A stretch of 59,818 nt of DNA, from NCBI GenBank assembly GCA_040954595.2, contig JBECUI020000052.1, forward strand, positions 1 through 59,818. The letters run 5' to 3'. The stretch comes from Balanoglossus misakiensis (Eukaryota; Animalia; Hemichordata). Position numbers and translations under genes: made by a program. Numbering within the stretch: the first letter of the stretch is position 1; every line of letters starts with the position of its first letter. Under the pieces are notes generated by a model that was not told the DNA's origin, did no database searches, and saw only the letters and a list, made by a program, of their open reading frames with translations. Below are positions 41,419 to 51,843 of this stretch, one piece after another.

Positions 41419-41676
41419 TTAGGGTTTTGTACATTCTTGAGAGGTAGAATTTCCCAATTTTCCTTGCTGATAAAGACCTGTATTCTCGAAGTTTTCGTCT
41501 ATAACTGAATACACCTGCCCTAGAGTAAATAAAGGGAGGATTATGACATAATTCAGCAGAATCCGTAAAATGCTTCTCCAAGCCGTTTTCAAACGCCACT
41601 TTTTTAGCTCTGTAGCAAAAATCATCTCCCGCTTTGAATGGATCTGGACCTTAAGGCCCCCCCCGATCTTCTCCAC
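41419..41676 (-). CDS. Small hypothetical protein (one hydrophobic segment)
   Basis: ORF track only; no recognisable motif. Confidence 0.25.
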   Translation of the reverse strand: MEKIGGGLKVQIHSKREMIFATELKKWRLKTAWRSILRILLNYVIILPLFTLGQVYSVIDENFENTGLYQQGKLGNSTSQECTKP

Positions 41677-41822
41677 AACCTAACTTGAGTTTTCTTTAGA
41701 GGTCTGCCTTTAAAGGTGGATTGACTCATGGAAAAATTTTTACAAAAAACTCTCAAAGTAATATGAGTATTGAAACATTCCCCCCCTAAGCCTTGTTAGT
41801 AGGGATGAAGAGCTAAGGAGAT

Positions 41823-42245
41823 GTGAAGATGAATAATCTTAATTCCATTATTTTAGAAGGTAATCTCACAAGAGATCCCGAGTCCAGTAAAACCCCCAAG
41901 GGAACGGCGGTTTGTAACTTTTCCGTGGCTTCCAATCGCTATTACCAACAAGATGGAGTCCGGTATGAAGAGGCCTCCTTTTTTGATGTAGAGGTCTGGG
42001 CAAGGCTGGCGGAGAATTGCGGCGAATACCTCAAAAAAGGACGAGGAGTTCGGGTCGTGGGGCGATTGAAACAAGATAGATGGATGGATCCTGAGGGTAG
42101 ATCCAGGTCCAGGATCAAAATTGTGGGAGAACATGTGGAGTTCAAGCCCCAACCCCGAGAGGAAATGAAGAGCAACACGAAAACGGCAGCTGTAACAAAG
42201 GAGCAGAACTTATCTATGGCCGAAAACACTGTTCCTGTTTATTGA
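41823..42245 (+). CDS. ssb: Single-stranded DNA-binding protein
   Basis: MNNLNSIILEGNLTRDP...FSVASNR...KGRGVRVVGRLKQDRW. Confidence 0.95.
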   Translation: MKMNNLNSIILEGNLTRDPESSKTPKGTAVCNFSVASNRYYQQDGVRYEEASFFDVEVWARLAENCGEYLKKGRGVRVVGRLKQDRWMDPEGRSRSRIKIVGEHVEFKPQPREEMKSNTKTAAVTKEQNLSMAENTVPVY

Positions 42246-42400
42246 TGCTGACAAGTAGCGGTCTATGCTTCTCTTACCGCTGCTTCCCCTCCTTTCTTCC
42301 GGTCCCCCGTTCATATTTCGGCGGCGGGGGAACGGCCTTTTTATAAAAACAATTCAGGAATAACTTGCTGTAAAATAGATACAGATGGATAATAGGAGGC

Positions 42401-43162
42401 GTGAGGAGTAAACTACGATTCGGAAGCCAAGAAATCCTCAACCAGATAGAAGCACTGAGGAAGCACTACACTCAGTATCTCTTTGACTATGCCCTCAGTC
42501 CAGAATACCACAAGCTTTTCGAAGAAAGGTTGTCTCATGCCAAAAACCATGGTAGAGATCCTGAAGCCTTTATTACAGAAGAAAACGAAGCCTTGAAGAA
42601 ACTTATCAGTCAGGCGGCCTACAAGCAAGAAAAGTTAAAAATTCGTAAAGAAGCCCACCGCCGTCATCAGGCTGGTGAGAGTTTTGCTGATAAAGTCATG
42701 GCAGAGTATCGTCAGCGCATCGAGTCCTACCCCGTTCTTTTCCTTCATGAGAATGCTGATCTTGAAGTCGGTAAGCTTTATGGAGCCCTGAACTATTTTT
42801 TTCTAAACTACTGGGATAGCATGGACACCTACCTACAGAAAACCTTCTCCCAGCGCGGTCAGCAGGAACGTATGGATCTGGAACAGCGATTGTGGAGAAT
42901 TACTCCGGCCAAGAAGGGGCATCTCCCGGTAGATCTGGAGAGGTACAAGATGGTTATTACCTCCCCTTTGTCCACCAAAAGAGATAAGGCCCGGGAGGCT
43001 CAGGAATGTGTAAAGAAGGCTGCATTCTTTCTTCATGATGTAGTAGATCTTTTGGGTAGAGCCCAGAATCATAAAGAAGTCGAAGAAAATGTGGCAAGAG
43101 GGTTGGACTATGTTTATAAAATGATAGATAATTTTCGTTTGAAAGATTTAAAAAGGCGTTAG
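42401..43162 (+). CDS. Hypothetical protein (helical, spirochaete-type)
   Basis: 253-aa ORF with RBS aggagg; co-oriented with trxA. Confidence 0.75.
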   Translation: MRSKLRFGSQEILNQIEALRKHYTQYLFDYALSPEYHKLFEERLSHAKNHGRDPEAFITEENEALKKLISQAAYKQEKLKIRKEAHRRHQAGESFADKVMAEYRQRIESYPVLFLHENADLEVGKLYGALNYFFLNYWDSMDTYLQKTFSQRGQQERMDLEQRLWRITPAKKGHLPVDLERYKMVITSPLSTKRDKAREAQECVKKAAFFLHDVVDLLGRAQNHKEVEENVARGLDYVYKMIDNFRLKDLKRR

Positions 43163-43176
43163 GAGGCTAATCTTAT

Positions 43177-43500
43177 ATGGCTGAAACGATATTGACAAAA
43201 GAAAACTTTGAGAATGAAGTCCTTAAATCTGACTTACCGACACTGGTTGATTTTTGGGCCGAATGGTGTGGTCCCTGCCGAATGTTGTCTCCCCTTGTAA
43301 AGGAGCTGGCGGATGAGTACGTTGGAAAAATCAAAGTTGCTAAATGCAACATAGACGAGCATCCTGAACCTGCTAGCCAATACAGTGTTCAGAGCATTCC
43401 CACCCTTATTCTGTTTAACGGTGGAAAAGTAATAAAGCAAAATGTCGGTATTCTTCCAAAAGAAAAGATTGTTGACATGTTCAGAGAATTTCTCTCTTAG
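43177..43500 (+). CDS. trxA: Thioredoxin
   Basis: VDFWAEWCGPC. Confidence 0.97.
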   Translation: MAETILTKENFENEVLKSDLPTLVDFWAEWCGPCRMLSPLVKELADEYVGKIKVAKCNIDEHPEPASQYSVQSIPTLILFNGGKVIKQNVGILPKEKIVDMFREFLS

Positions 43501-43548
43501 CCTATTCCACTAGAAATAGGCTCCAGTTTTTCTTTGGCCTGGCAGATC

Positions 43549-45552
43549 TCACTGGGTGTATCGCTCAGCACTGTTAGGGCCGCCCAGGCTTTGGCCGCTG
43601 GTAGGTACAGTGTGCCAATCCTCCTTGCTATTGGTATCGGGGGCCATAGGGCTTCTGTTTAGGGATCGGGTGGCTGTGGATGAACTGACATCCACGGCAT
43701 CTGAGGGCATCAGTTTATCTCCGGCGAAACTCCATCCTCCTGATCTCTCCAGTTCCTGGGCCATTTCCAGACTGTCCGATGTCCACCCAAGGTCTTCCTC
43801 TGTGGGGGCATCGCTTCTGTTTGTGTAGATAATGGCATCCATAAGAGGTCCCTGGGAATGCTTGTAGAGGGTTACGGCCCCGTTATTACCCGGCAGTCCT
43901 GGAGATCCGGGAAACCAGAAATCCCTGGAAGAATCCGAAGCCAGGAGTCCACCAGAAACGTTGATCTCTTCAAGTTCATCAACTTCTTCGACCAGCCCCT
44001 CAGCTTTGGTATGGATGAGCAGATATTCCCCCTGGACAAGGTCCAGAGCGGGAAAAGTCATGGCAGGGTCCTCTCGGTTTTCCGTACCGATAACAAGTTT
44101 CAATCCTGCTATGTTGCCTGCTTCCATGACCAGAAGTTCAATGCAGTCTGGAGTTCTGCCACTTCCTCGGGGGTTAATTTCATTGATGATTATATGGGGG
44201 GGATGAGGATTCCAGCCAGTAAAGCTGAAGGGAAAGTCTACTTGGGCATTGTCTGTAAGAGAAATTGTGCCGGTAAAGGATGCCCCTATAGCCGGAACTT
44301 CGGAAAAAGTTACATACAATTTTCTCCCTTCTTCAGTCAGAGATTCTATGGCCAATGGTGGCCGAATAGAGAGCTCCCAGGAAGAAGAGGCAATCTCTTT
44401 ATTGAAGGTAAAGATTAAAAGTTGAGTTTCGGCAAGTTCCACTGAGTCCAGAGTGGGAGCTTGAGGTTCCAAAGAAGGAATGGGGTTAGATTCTTCATTA
44501 TCATCCTGGACAGCAGCGTTAGGGGCACCCAGACTTTGTCCACTGGTAGGAGCCAAGTACCAATCCTCCTTGCTGTTGGTGTTAGGAGCTCCAGAAATCC
44601 GGTTCAGGGATCGAGTCGCCGTTGACGAGCTGACATCCACGGCATCGGAAGGCATTAACATATCGCCAGAAAAGCTCCATCCTCCCAGTCTTTGCAGTTC
44701 TTGGGCCATTTCCAGGCCATCTGAGGTCCATCCGTAGTTTTCGTCTGCGGGGGCATCCGTCCTGTTTGTGTAGATAAGGGCATTGAGAAGGGGGCCCTGG
44801 GAGTAGTGGTGTAGGGTTATGGCCCCATTATTTCCCGGAAGCCCCGGGGATCCTGGGAACCAAAAATCCCGGGATGTATCCGAAGCCAGAAGACCACCGG
44901 AAATGTCGAGACCCTCTAACTCATCGATTTCTTCCTCCAGTCCTTCACTCTTGGTGTGGATAAGAAGATATTCCCCATCGGCAACTTCCAGAACAGGAAA
45001 AATCATGGAGGGGTCTTGTCGGTTCTCCGTACCAATAACAAGTTTCAAGCCGGCCATATTGCCCCCCTTCCGAACCAGAAGTTCAATACAGTCAGGAGTT
45101 TTTCCGTTTCCTCGGGGGTTGAACTCGTTAATAAGGATATCAGGGGGATTGGGATTCCAACCAGTAAAAAGGAAAAGAAAACTCAGTCGGTTACCTACAG
45201 CATCCCAGACCGATACCCGGCCGGTGTAGGGCAGACCCATACGTTGATCTTCGGAAAATCTTAAATAGACTTTTTTATTTTCCACACTGAGGGACTCAAT
45301 TCCCAGTGGTGGAACAACCGAGGCACTTTCCTGATTACTTATTACTGTCTCGTCAAAGCTTATCTCAAAGGAACGAGGCCCAGTGGCTTCGAGTTTTACT
45401 ACTGTGGGGGGAGAGAGATCTTTTTCCAAAAGGGGTCGTCTTTCAGAAATCATCCCACAACCTATCATAAGGAATCCCAGGACCAGGGAAAACAATAGTT
45501 TTTTTGCGTTGTTCTTGCTTTTTATCCCTCTTAATAGAAAAATGTTCTTCAT
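43549..45552 (-). CDS. Lipoprotein with two tandem ~300-aa modules (Ig-like plus lamin-tail-like domain)
   Basis: Lipobox MIGC; INEF/INEI.PRG.G.TPDCIELLV...GLPGNNGA...SSTATRSLNR occurs twice. Confidence 0.8.
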   Translation of the reverse strand: MKNIFLLRGIKSKNNAKKLLFSLVLGFLMIGCGMISERRPLLEKDLSPPTVVKLEATGPRSFEISFDETVISNQESASVVPPLGIESLSVENKKVYLRFSEDQRMGLPYTGRVSVWDAVGNRLSFLFLFTGWNPNPPDILINEFNPRGNGKTPDCIELLVRKGGNMAGLKLVIGTENRQDPSMIFPVLEVADGEYLLIHTKSEGLEEEIDELEGLDISGGLLASDTSRDFWFPGSPGLPGNNGAITLHHYSQGPLLNALIYTNRTDAPADENYGWTSDGLEMAQELQRLGGWSFSGDMLMPSDAVDVSSSTATRSLNRISGAPNTNSKEDWYLAPTSGQSLGAPNAAVQDDNEESNPIPSLEPQAPTLDSVELAETQLLIFTFNKEIASSSWELSIRPPLAIESLTEEGRKLYVTFSEVPAIGASFTGTISLTDNAQVDFPFSFTGWNPHPPHIIINEINPRGSGRTPDCIELLVMEAGNIAGLKLVIGTENREDPAMTFPALDLVQGEYLLIHTKAEGLVEEVDELEEINVSGGLLASDSSRDFWFPGSPGLPGNNGAVTLYKHSQGPLMDAIIYTNRSDAPTEEDLGWTSDSLEMAQELERSGGWSFAGDKLMPSDAVDVSSSTATRSLNRSPMAPDTNSKEDWHTVPTSGQSLGGPNSAERYTQ

Positions 45553-45731
45553 ACCCTTAAATACAGGGACATGGTGACTTTGACTTCAAGAGATTGGAGA
45601 TTCTATGAGTTAAAATTACGGAAGAGGTGTATTCTCTCTAGATCTCCGCTTGGTTCTTGGGTATACATCATTCCAATCGGGTCCTAACTTAATCCGATTC
45701 GTTTCCGTTATTATATTAAAAGGAGAGACCT

Positions 45732-46898
45732 TTGGCGAAAGTACATAAAGTTGGCAAAAAAACTGAATTCATTATGGGTAAATCCGATAATCGTAGTACC
45801 ATGCCCCCAAACTTCCGCCCGGTATTTTTCTTTCTTTTGGTTCTGGTACCCCTATTCTCTATTAACGCCCAAATAACTTCCGACCCCTTAAAGATTCCTG
45901 CTGGTGATGTCTATATTGAACTTCTTCCTGGGGAAGAGGGTTTCCATCTTTATATTAAGGCAAAGCCTGGTTTGGGCTCGGTATTGATTACCGAATCCAC
46001 CGCTGATCTTCAAAAACGTCAAGATTCCTATTCATTCAGGGCCTGGGAGTACAATCCCATCAATGGTAACGAACGTAGAATACTTGATGGGAAGTTCCTG
46101 GAGACAGAGAATCCACTTTATTTTCTTGTAGATTCCACTTCTGAGGCTAATGAGTTGTTTGGTTTTGCCTATCAGATATATATTCCCTACAATCTTACCT
46201 ACGGCTATCCCTGGAGTCGGGAAGGACAGGTTTCGGTACATCGTGGAACCTGGTTGAATATCCGAACTTTCGAGCTTCCCTATGCCGATTATCGGGGACG
46301 ATGGCAAGATAATCCCTTTGTTCTTTCTATGAAGGAAATACCGCTGCCCCCCCAGCTCCCCCGCCCGATAATTCCTCCCCAACCGGTTAAGGAGGAGGTT
46401 TCTGGAGTTGTCGAAGCCATAGAAAATCTTGGTGCAATGTTGTCTGGTTCCACCGGTCCCCTGGACCTGGTTCTGGTGCTGGATACCACCGTCAGCATGA
46501 AAGAGGAAATGGTCTACCTCAAGCAGGAGTTAGTCCCCCTGCTTGAATCTTTCTTAAAAGATCTCACTTCCTATAGGATAGGTATTGTTCTCTATAGGGA
46601 TTACAAGGAAGCCTACCTGACTCGCAACATTCCTTTTACAACGGAATTAGAGAACATTCAAAGGCAACTGGATCAGGTGGAGGCTTCGGGGGGGCGTGAT
46701 ATCCCTGAAGCGGTTAACGAAGCTCTTTATGCCGCCTTAACCGAATTCAACTGGGAATCTCCAGAAAAGATAGTTCTCCAAATAGGCGATGCCGATGCTC
46801 ATTCCCCCCCTAGGGGAGCCATAACTCAGGAGTTGGTAAGAGATGAGGCCATAAGACAGGGGATTGCCCTCTATCAGTTTCAAGTTCCCAATCGTTAG
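45732..46898 (+). CDS. Exported von Willebrand factor A domain protein
   Basis: DLVLVLDTTVSM MIDAS motif, GGRDIPEAV, IGDA; Pro-rich linker. The start may be ATG 45801. Confidence 0.85.
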   Translation: MAKVHKVGKKTEFIMGKSDNRSTMPPNFRPVFFFLLVLVPLFSINAQITSDPLKIPAGDVYIELLPGEEGFHLYIKAKPGLGSVLITESTADLQKRQDSYSFRAWEYNPINGNERRILDGKFLETENPLYFLVDSTSEANELFGFAYQIYIPYNLTYGYPWSREGQVSVHRGTWLNIRTFELPYADYRGRWQDNPFVLSMKEIPLPPQLPRPIIPPQPVKEEVSGVVEAIENLGAMLSGSTGPLDLVLVLDTTVSMKEEMVYLKQELVPLLESFLKDLTSYRIGIVLYRDYKEAYLTRNIPFTTELENIQRQLDQVEASGGRDIPEAVNEALYAALTEFNWESPEKIVLQIGDADAHSPPRGAITQELVRDEAIRQGIALYQFQVPNR

Positions 46899-47440
46899 CC
46901 ACTAGACGAGGCAATGTTCGGTGTTCCATGCTGTTCTTCCCACTGTTCTTCTTTGTTCCTCCAAAACAGCTTAGCCTCAGTTGCTTTTTTCCTCGCCAGG
47001 GTTATCAAACCCTTCTCTGCCAGAATACGAAAGCGAGGATGATAAAGCATGGCATAGGGGCTTTCCTCATATTTGGCCAGGAGAGCTGTAAATTTTTCTT
47101 CAGCGGTCTTATATCGCCCCATTTTGTAATAGACAAAAGCTATGGAGTATTCCGCGGCTACAGATTGGCTGTGGTTTTCAGGGAAACGAACGAGGAAAAC
47201 TTCGTAGTAAAACAGTGCTTTTTTGTAATTCTCTTCATCCATGGCATCCTGAGCGTTTTTGAAGAACATTTCTTCGGTCCACAGAGGATCGACACTCTTA
47301 GGCAAACTGGAGCAGGAAAGGGCAAGAAAATGAAGAAGCAAAATTGCAAGGATAAGAAAGAGATAATGGATTCGATACAACATGAGTAGGGTATAAACCT
47401 CCGTGAAAGTTATCCTACCAGCTGAATGAGAAAATTTCAA
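46895..47440 (-). CDS. BamD/YfiO-like TPR lipoprotein
   Basis: Lipobox ALSC; FKNAQDA...A..YYE....RFP...AEYSIAFVYYK. Confidence 0.75.
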   Translation of the reverse strand: MKFSHSAGRITFTEVYTLLMLYRIHYLFLILAILLLHFLALSCSSLPKSVDPLWTEEMFFKNAQDAMDEENYKKALFYYEVFLVRFPENHSQSVAAEYSIAFVYYKMGRYKTAEEKFTALLAKYEESPYAMLYHPRFRILAEKGLITLARKKATEAKLFWRNKEEQWEEQHGTPNIASSSG

Positions 47441-47739
47441 GTTTCGTAGATTTCTTCCCTTACAGGCAGATCCTTCTTTAATTCACTTATATAAGGTTGG
47501 ATATCGCCCATAGGGAGATACTTCTCACAATTATTTGAAATCCGCCGGGCTACGGTGAAATACTTATAATACTTCTCTTCTCCCAACTTTTTCTTCCATT
47601 GCCCAGCATTGCATCGTACCCTCAGGATATATTTCTTTTCTTTAGTGACGCTCTTTACTAACTTACAATGATAACAGTTTGCACAGTAAATCCTGTCAAC
47701 TTTGTTGGCTCTTCGGCTCACTTGGGACGTTTCAAACAT
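47437..47739 (-). CDS. Cys-rich hypothetical protein (spirochaete-type)
   Basis: YCANCYHC...LRVRC..GQW.KKLGEEK. Confidence 0.75.
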   Translation of the reverse strand: MFETSQVSRRANKVDRIYCANCYHCKLVKSVTKEKKYILRVRCNAGQWKKKLGEEKYYKYFTVARRISNNCEKYLPMGDIQPYISELKKDLPVREEIYET

Positions 47740-47847
47740 GAAATAGAATCTCCTTTATCCTATGGTACTTACATCGACGGTGTAGGGGAATGTATTGAGT
47801 TCCAGAGCCAAATTACTCTAAATGAGATACCAGAACCCATAGAACCG

Positions 47848-50304
47848 CTAGATCCGGGGCGATATTTCCCAGATTTCCTTAGCGTATTCTTCTATAGTTC
47901 TGTCAGAACTGAATTTCCCACTCTCGGCTATATTGATCAAACTCTTACGGTTCCATTGGGGATTGTCTTTCCAAACCTCCCCCGCTGCTGCCCGGATTTC
48001 CTGATAGGCCGCAAAATCCTGAAGCACAAAGTACTCATCCCCAGGGTTGCCATCGATACCGTAGAGCAGGGATTCATAGATTTCCTGAAAGGAAACACCC
48101 CTGCCTAAAGAACCATCGATAAGACTCTCTATGGCTCTTTTCAAAGAGGAATCTTCTTCCACAAGCGCCAGGGGATTATGCAGCTTGGACTCTCTTAGGG
48201 TTCTGACCTCATAGGCATTCATACCAAAAATAAAAGAATTTTCTCTACCTACCGCTTCGACAATCTCAATGTTTGCCCCATCAAAAGTCCCCAAAGTAAG
48301 AGCCCCGTTCATCATAAGTTTCATGTTCCCCGTACCCGATGCTTCTTTTCCTGCGGTAGAAATTTGCTGGGAAATCTCTGCGGCGGGAATCATTATCTCG
48401 GCGGAACTAACTCGATAGTTAGGTAGGAAAATGACTTTTAATCGGTCTTTTACGGCAGGATCGGAGTTGATTTTCTGAGCCGCGGTGTTGATTAAATGGA
48501 TAATCTGCTTGGCTCGAGTATAGGCTGAGGCGGCCTTGGCTCCAAAAAGCACGACCCTGGGGGGGAGGTCCAGATGGGGATTATCTCGAAGGCTTTGCCA
48601 GTCAGCAATGAGGCTAAGTATGTTAAGAAGTTGCCTTTTGTACTCATGGAGCCGTTTTACCTGAATATCAAAAAGATGTAGAGAATCAACCTGTATTCCA
48701 GTTTCTTTTCTGATAAAGTCGGCAAGTCGTCGTTTGTTCTTTGTCTTTATCGTGTTAATTCGCTCCAGGACGGCACTGTCGTCAACATAACTTTTAAGAC
48801 GGGCAATAGAAGAGAAATCCCTGATCCATTCGGACCCCAGAAGTTCTTCAAGCAGGCCGGAAAGTTCCGGGTTAGCTCCTTTTAACCAACGCCTCTGGGT
48901 CACTCCATTGGTCTTGTTTTGAAATTTTTCGGGCCAGAGTGCGTACCAATCCGGCAGAGTTTCGGTCTTCAGAATTTCCGTATGAAGTTCGGCTACCCCA
49001 TTGACAGTCTTGGAGGCAACAATTCCCAGCCAAGCCATTTTTACCATTCCATCGGCAATAATGGCCATCCGTGGGAGGGAGTCCCGCCTGTGGGGATGGA
49101 GGGTCAAGAAAGAAGTCGTAAAACGGCGATTGATTTCCTGGATAATCTGATAAACCCTTGGGAGAATATTTTTAAGGAGTTGGAGAGGCCAGATCTCCAG
49201 GGCTTCGGGTAGGACCGTATGGTTGGTATAGGCAAAGACTTTTTCGACAATCCCCCATGCCTCATTCCATCCCAGACCTTCCTGGTCCATAAGAAGTCTC
49301 ATCAGTTCGGGAATGGCCACCACGGGATGGGTATCATTGAGTTGGATGATCACCATTCTGGGAAGTTGGGAAAAATCCTTTCCCATCTCCTGCTTATACT
49401 CCCGTAGAATGTCTTGGAGAGAAGCCGAGCAGAAAAAATACTGCTGGCGGAGCCTTAATGCCTGACCTGTGGGGCCCTGATCATTGGGGTAGAGAACCCT
49501 GGATAAGTCCTGGGCCCGATTCTGAGCCTCCACAGCCCGCAGATATTGCCCATTGTTAAAAAAATGGAGGTTAAAATCCTCCGGTGATTCGGCTTCCCAG
49601 AGGCGTAAGGTGTTTATGGTGGAGGAGTGGTAAGCAAGGACCGGAGTATCATAGGGAAGAGCTAGAACGTCTTCTGTATCCACCAGTTTAAAACTCAAAG
49701 TACCATCAGGTTGGGTGCTCACCTCAACCCTTCCCCCAAAAGGAACAACTACCGCATAGTTCCTGCGGCATACAGCCCAGGGATCGTCACTGGCTTGCCA
49801 GTTGTCCGGCCTTTCAACCTGTTGACCATCAATGATTTCCTGGCGGAACATTCCGTAGCGGTAGCGAATGCCATAGCCCCGGGCGGGTAGGTTCTTCGTA
49901 GCCAGGGAATCCATAAAGCAGGCAGCCAGACGTCCCAGACCCCCGCTTCCAAGGGCTGCATCGGTCTCGGTGTCTTCAGCTCTGTTAAGATCAAGGTTCA
50001 TGTTCTTGAGAATGGCAGAGATATCTTCCGACAAATTCAGGTTTAACAGATTGTTGCCCAGGGTGCGCCCCATAAGAAATTCTGCAGAAAAATAGCAAAC
50101 TCGCTTGAGCTGTCGTTTCTGGACATCCTGCTCACAAAGCTGCCAGTCTTTCCAAATCAAATCCATAATAGCCATGGAAACTGCTTTGTAGGTCTGACGA
50201 TCAGAAAGCACTTCGGTGTTACAGCCTGTATATCGATCAATCCAATATTCAATACGTTCCTGAAAATTTATTGCATCAAATTCCACTGTTTTCATTAACT
50301 CCAT
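47848..50304 (-). CDS. glgP: Glycogen/maltodextrin phosphorylase
   Basis: SAEFLMGR, GGLGRLAACF, QLNDTHP, KRLHEYKRQ, EASGTGNMK; start probably ATG 50304 or 50295. Confidence 0.97.
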   Translation of the reverse strand: MELMKTVEFDAINFQERIEYWIDRYTGCNTEVLSDRQTYKAVSMAIMDLIWKDWQLCEQDVQKRQLKRVCYFSAEFLMGRTLGNNLLNLNLSEDISAILKNMNLDLNRAEDTETDAALGSGGLGRLAACFMDSLATKNLPARGYGIRYRYGMFRQEIIDGQQVERPDNWQASDDPWAVCRRNYAVVVPFGGRVEVSTQPDGTLSFKLVDTEDVLALPYDTPVLAYHSSTINTLRLWEAESPEDFNLHFFNNGQYLRAVEAQNRAQDLSRVLYPNDQGPTGQALRLRQQYFFCSASLQDILREYKQEMGKDFSQLPRMVIIQLNDTHPVVAIPELMRLLMDQEGLGWNEAWGIVEKVFAYTNHTVLPEALEIWPLQLLKNILPRVYQIIQEINRRFTTSFLTLHPHRRDSLPRMAIIADGMVKMAWLGIVASKTVNGVAELHTEILKTETLPDWYALWPEKFQNKTNGVTQRRWLKGANPELSGLLEELLGSEWIRDFSSIARLKSYVDDSAVLERINTIKTKNKRRLADFIRKETGIQVDSLHLFDIQVKRLHEYKRQLLNILSLIADWQSLRDNPHLDLPPRVVLFGAKAASAYTRAKQIIHLINTAAQKINSDPAVKDRLKVIFLPNYRVSSAEIMIPAAEISQQISTAGKEASGTGNMKLMMNGALTLGTFDGANIEIVEAVGRENSFIFGMNAYEVRTLRESKLHNPLALVEEDSSLKRAIESLIDGSLGRGVSFQEIYESLLYGIDGNPGDEYFVLQDFAAYQEIRAAAGEVWKDNPQWNRKSLINIAESGKFSSDRTIEEYAKEIWEISPRI

Positions 50305-50308
50305 CACT

Positions 50309-50342
50309 TCGTATGTCCCACCAGTCGTATGTCCCACCAGTC
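50309..50342. repeat. 16-bp perfect tandem duplication at the 5' end of glgP
   Basis: tcgtatgtcccaccag x2 plus tc. Confidence 0.9.
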
Positions 50343-50784
50343 AGAAAGAACTTAGGATTCCTTCTTGCCAAAAAGCAAAAAAACACCTTTATCCTTTTAA
50401 TCACGATTCAGAGGGACATCTATGGCCACTAGAAAACCAGGATTTCTCTTTTTTCGCAAGCGATAGATAAGAGATAATAGTCTGGCAAGGAGAAACCAGG
50501 GCAAGACTAGCAACTGTACGCTATACCTATAATATATTCACCTATTTTTTTCAAGAAGATGACCTTGCTTCAAAGGTAATTATATGCCTATGAGGAAGAA
50601 GTCCTTTTTCTTTTTTGCTACTCTTATGGAGAGCCCCATAGAGGTGGAATGAAACGAATTATCTCTCCTTGCCCTCCTAAACCTTACTTCCTGTTGCTTC
50701 CCTCTCATATTATAATTCTATATATTTACTTTGTATTGTTCAGCGGGAGGTTGGCATCTTTGTTTATAGTGCAAACGGGGAGAT

Positions 50785-51837
50785 TTGAATTCTGGCTGGA
50801 ATGTCATGACTATTCCTGTATTTAGACCTTCCATACGAAGACGTGACATGCAATCTGTTCTCTCCTGTATGGTCACGGATAGGATTGGTCCTGCCAGCAA
50901 AGCAGAAGAATTGGTGGCGAGGCTCAGTGCTTATCTGAATCGGGAAGGTGGGCTGGCTTTTCGGGAATATTATCGGGCCATTGACGTTGCTGTTTCAGCC
51001 TTGGGACTCAACCGAGGAGACAAGGTTCTTTTATCGCCCCTGTCCCCCCGGGTTTATCAACGGGTTTTTGATGACCGGGGACTTCTACCTCTTTATGGGG
51101 ATGTTCGTTCTGATGATGCCTGCCTCGATCCCGAAGAAGCGGCCGTTCAGGTGGAAAAAGGAGCCAAGGCCATTTTTTTGCATACCCCTCTGGGGCGGGT
51201 TCCCGACATCGATGCTCTAACGGCCCTGGGGATTCCTTTAATAGAGGATGTTGGAGAGTCCCTGGGGGCAATGTATGATTCCTTGCCCCTGGGAAGCCGG
51301 GGGGTTTACACCATCGTTTCCTTAGAACCCCATGCTATCCTTACTGCCGGTGGGGGAACATTGCTCCTGGCTTCGGATAAGGCCTCTTTGCAGGCATTGA
51401 AAGAGATTAAGGAAGTTTTATCTGAAGATGCCTATCTATCGGATATGAATGCTTCTTTGGGCCTGGTTCAATTTCATGATCTGTCCTTTGCCCTTGAACG
51501 ACGACGGAGAATGGAGGAGGTCTATCGCCAAGCTCTTGGAAAGGGAGTCCATCGAAGTCTTACCGACCCCGAGAGGGCAGGGCAGGAAGGAGTTCCTTTT
51601 TCTTTTCCTGTGGTTTTGAGGCGGGGGATGAAAGAAGTTTGTCGGTATACCGCAAAGAAGAACGTAGAAACCCAGATTGCCTTTGCCCTTTCCATTCTGG
51701 CGACCCTCCCCGAGGAGAGCTTGAACTTTCCTCAAGCTCAAACGCTCCTGATGAGTACCCTTCTTTTTCCTCTTTATCCGACCTTAGAGAAAAAGAATAT
51801 TCAGCATATTATTAAAGTGCTTTCTACCCTTCCTTAG
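50785..51837 (+). CDS. DegT/DnrJ/EryC1-family aminotransferase-like protein
   Basis: ALGL..GDKVLLSP, PLIED..ESLGA, LLFPLYPTL fold motifs; likely start ATG 50806. Confidence 0.8.
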   Translation: MNSGWNVMTIPVFRPSIRRRDMQSVLSCMVTDRIGPASKAEELVARLSAYLNREGGLAFREYYRAIDVAVSALGLNRGDKVLLSPLSPRVYQRVFDDRGLLPLYGDVRSDDACLDPEEAAVQVEKGAKAIFLHTPLGRVPDIDALTALGIPLIEDVGESLGAMYDSLPLGSRGVYTIVSLEPHAILTAGGGTLLLASDKASLQALKEIKEVLSEDAYLSDMNASLGLVQFHDLSFALERRRRMEEVYRQALGKGVHRSLTDPERAGQEGVPFSFPVVLRRGMKEVCRYTAKKNVETQIAFALSILATLPEESLNFPQAQTLLMSTLLFPLYPTLEKKNIQHIIKVLSTLP

Positions 51838-51843
51838 AGGGTA

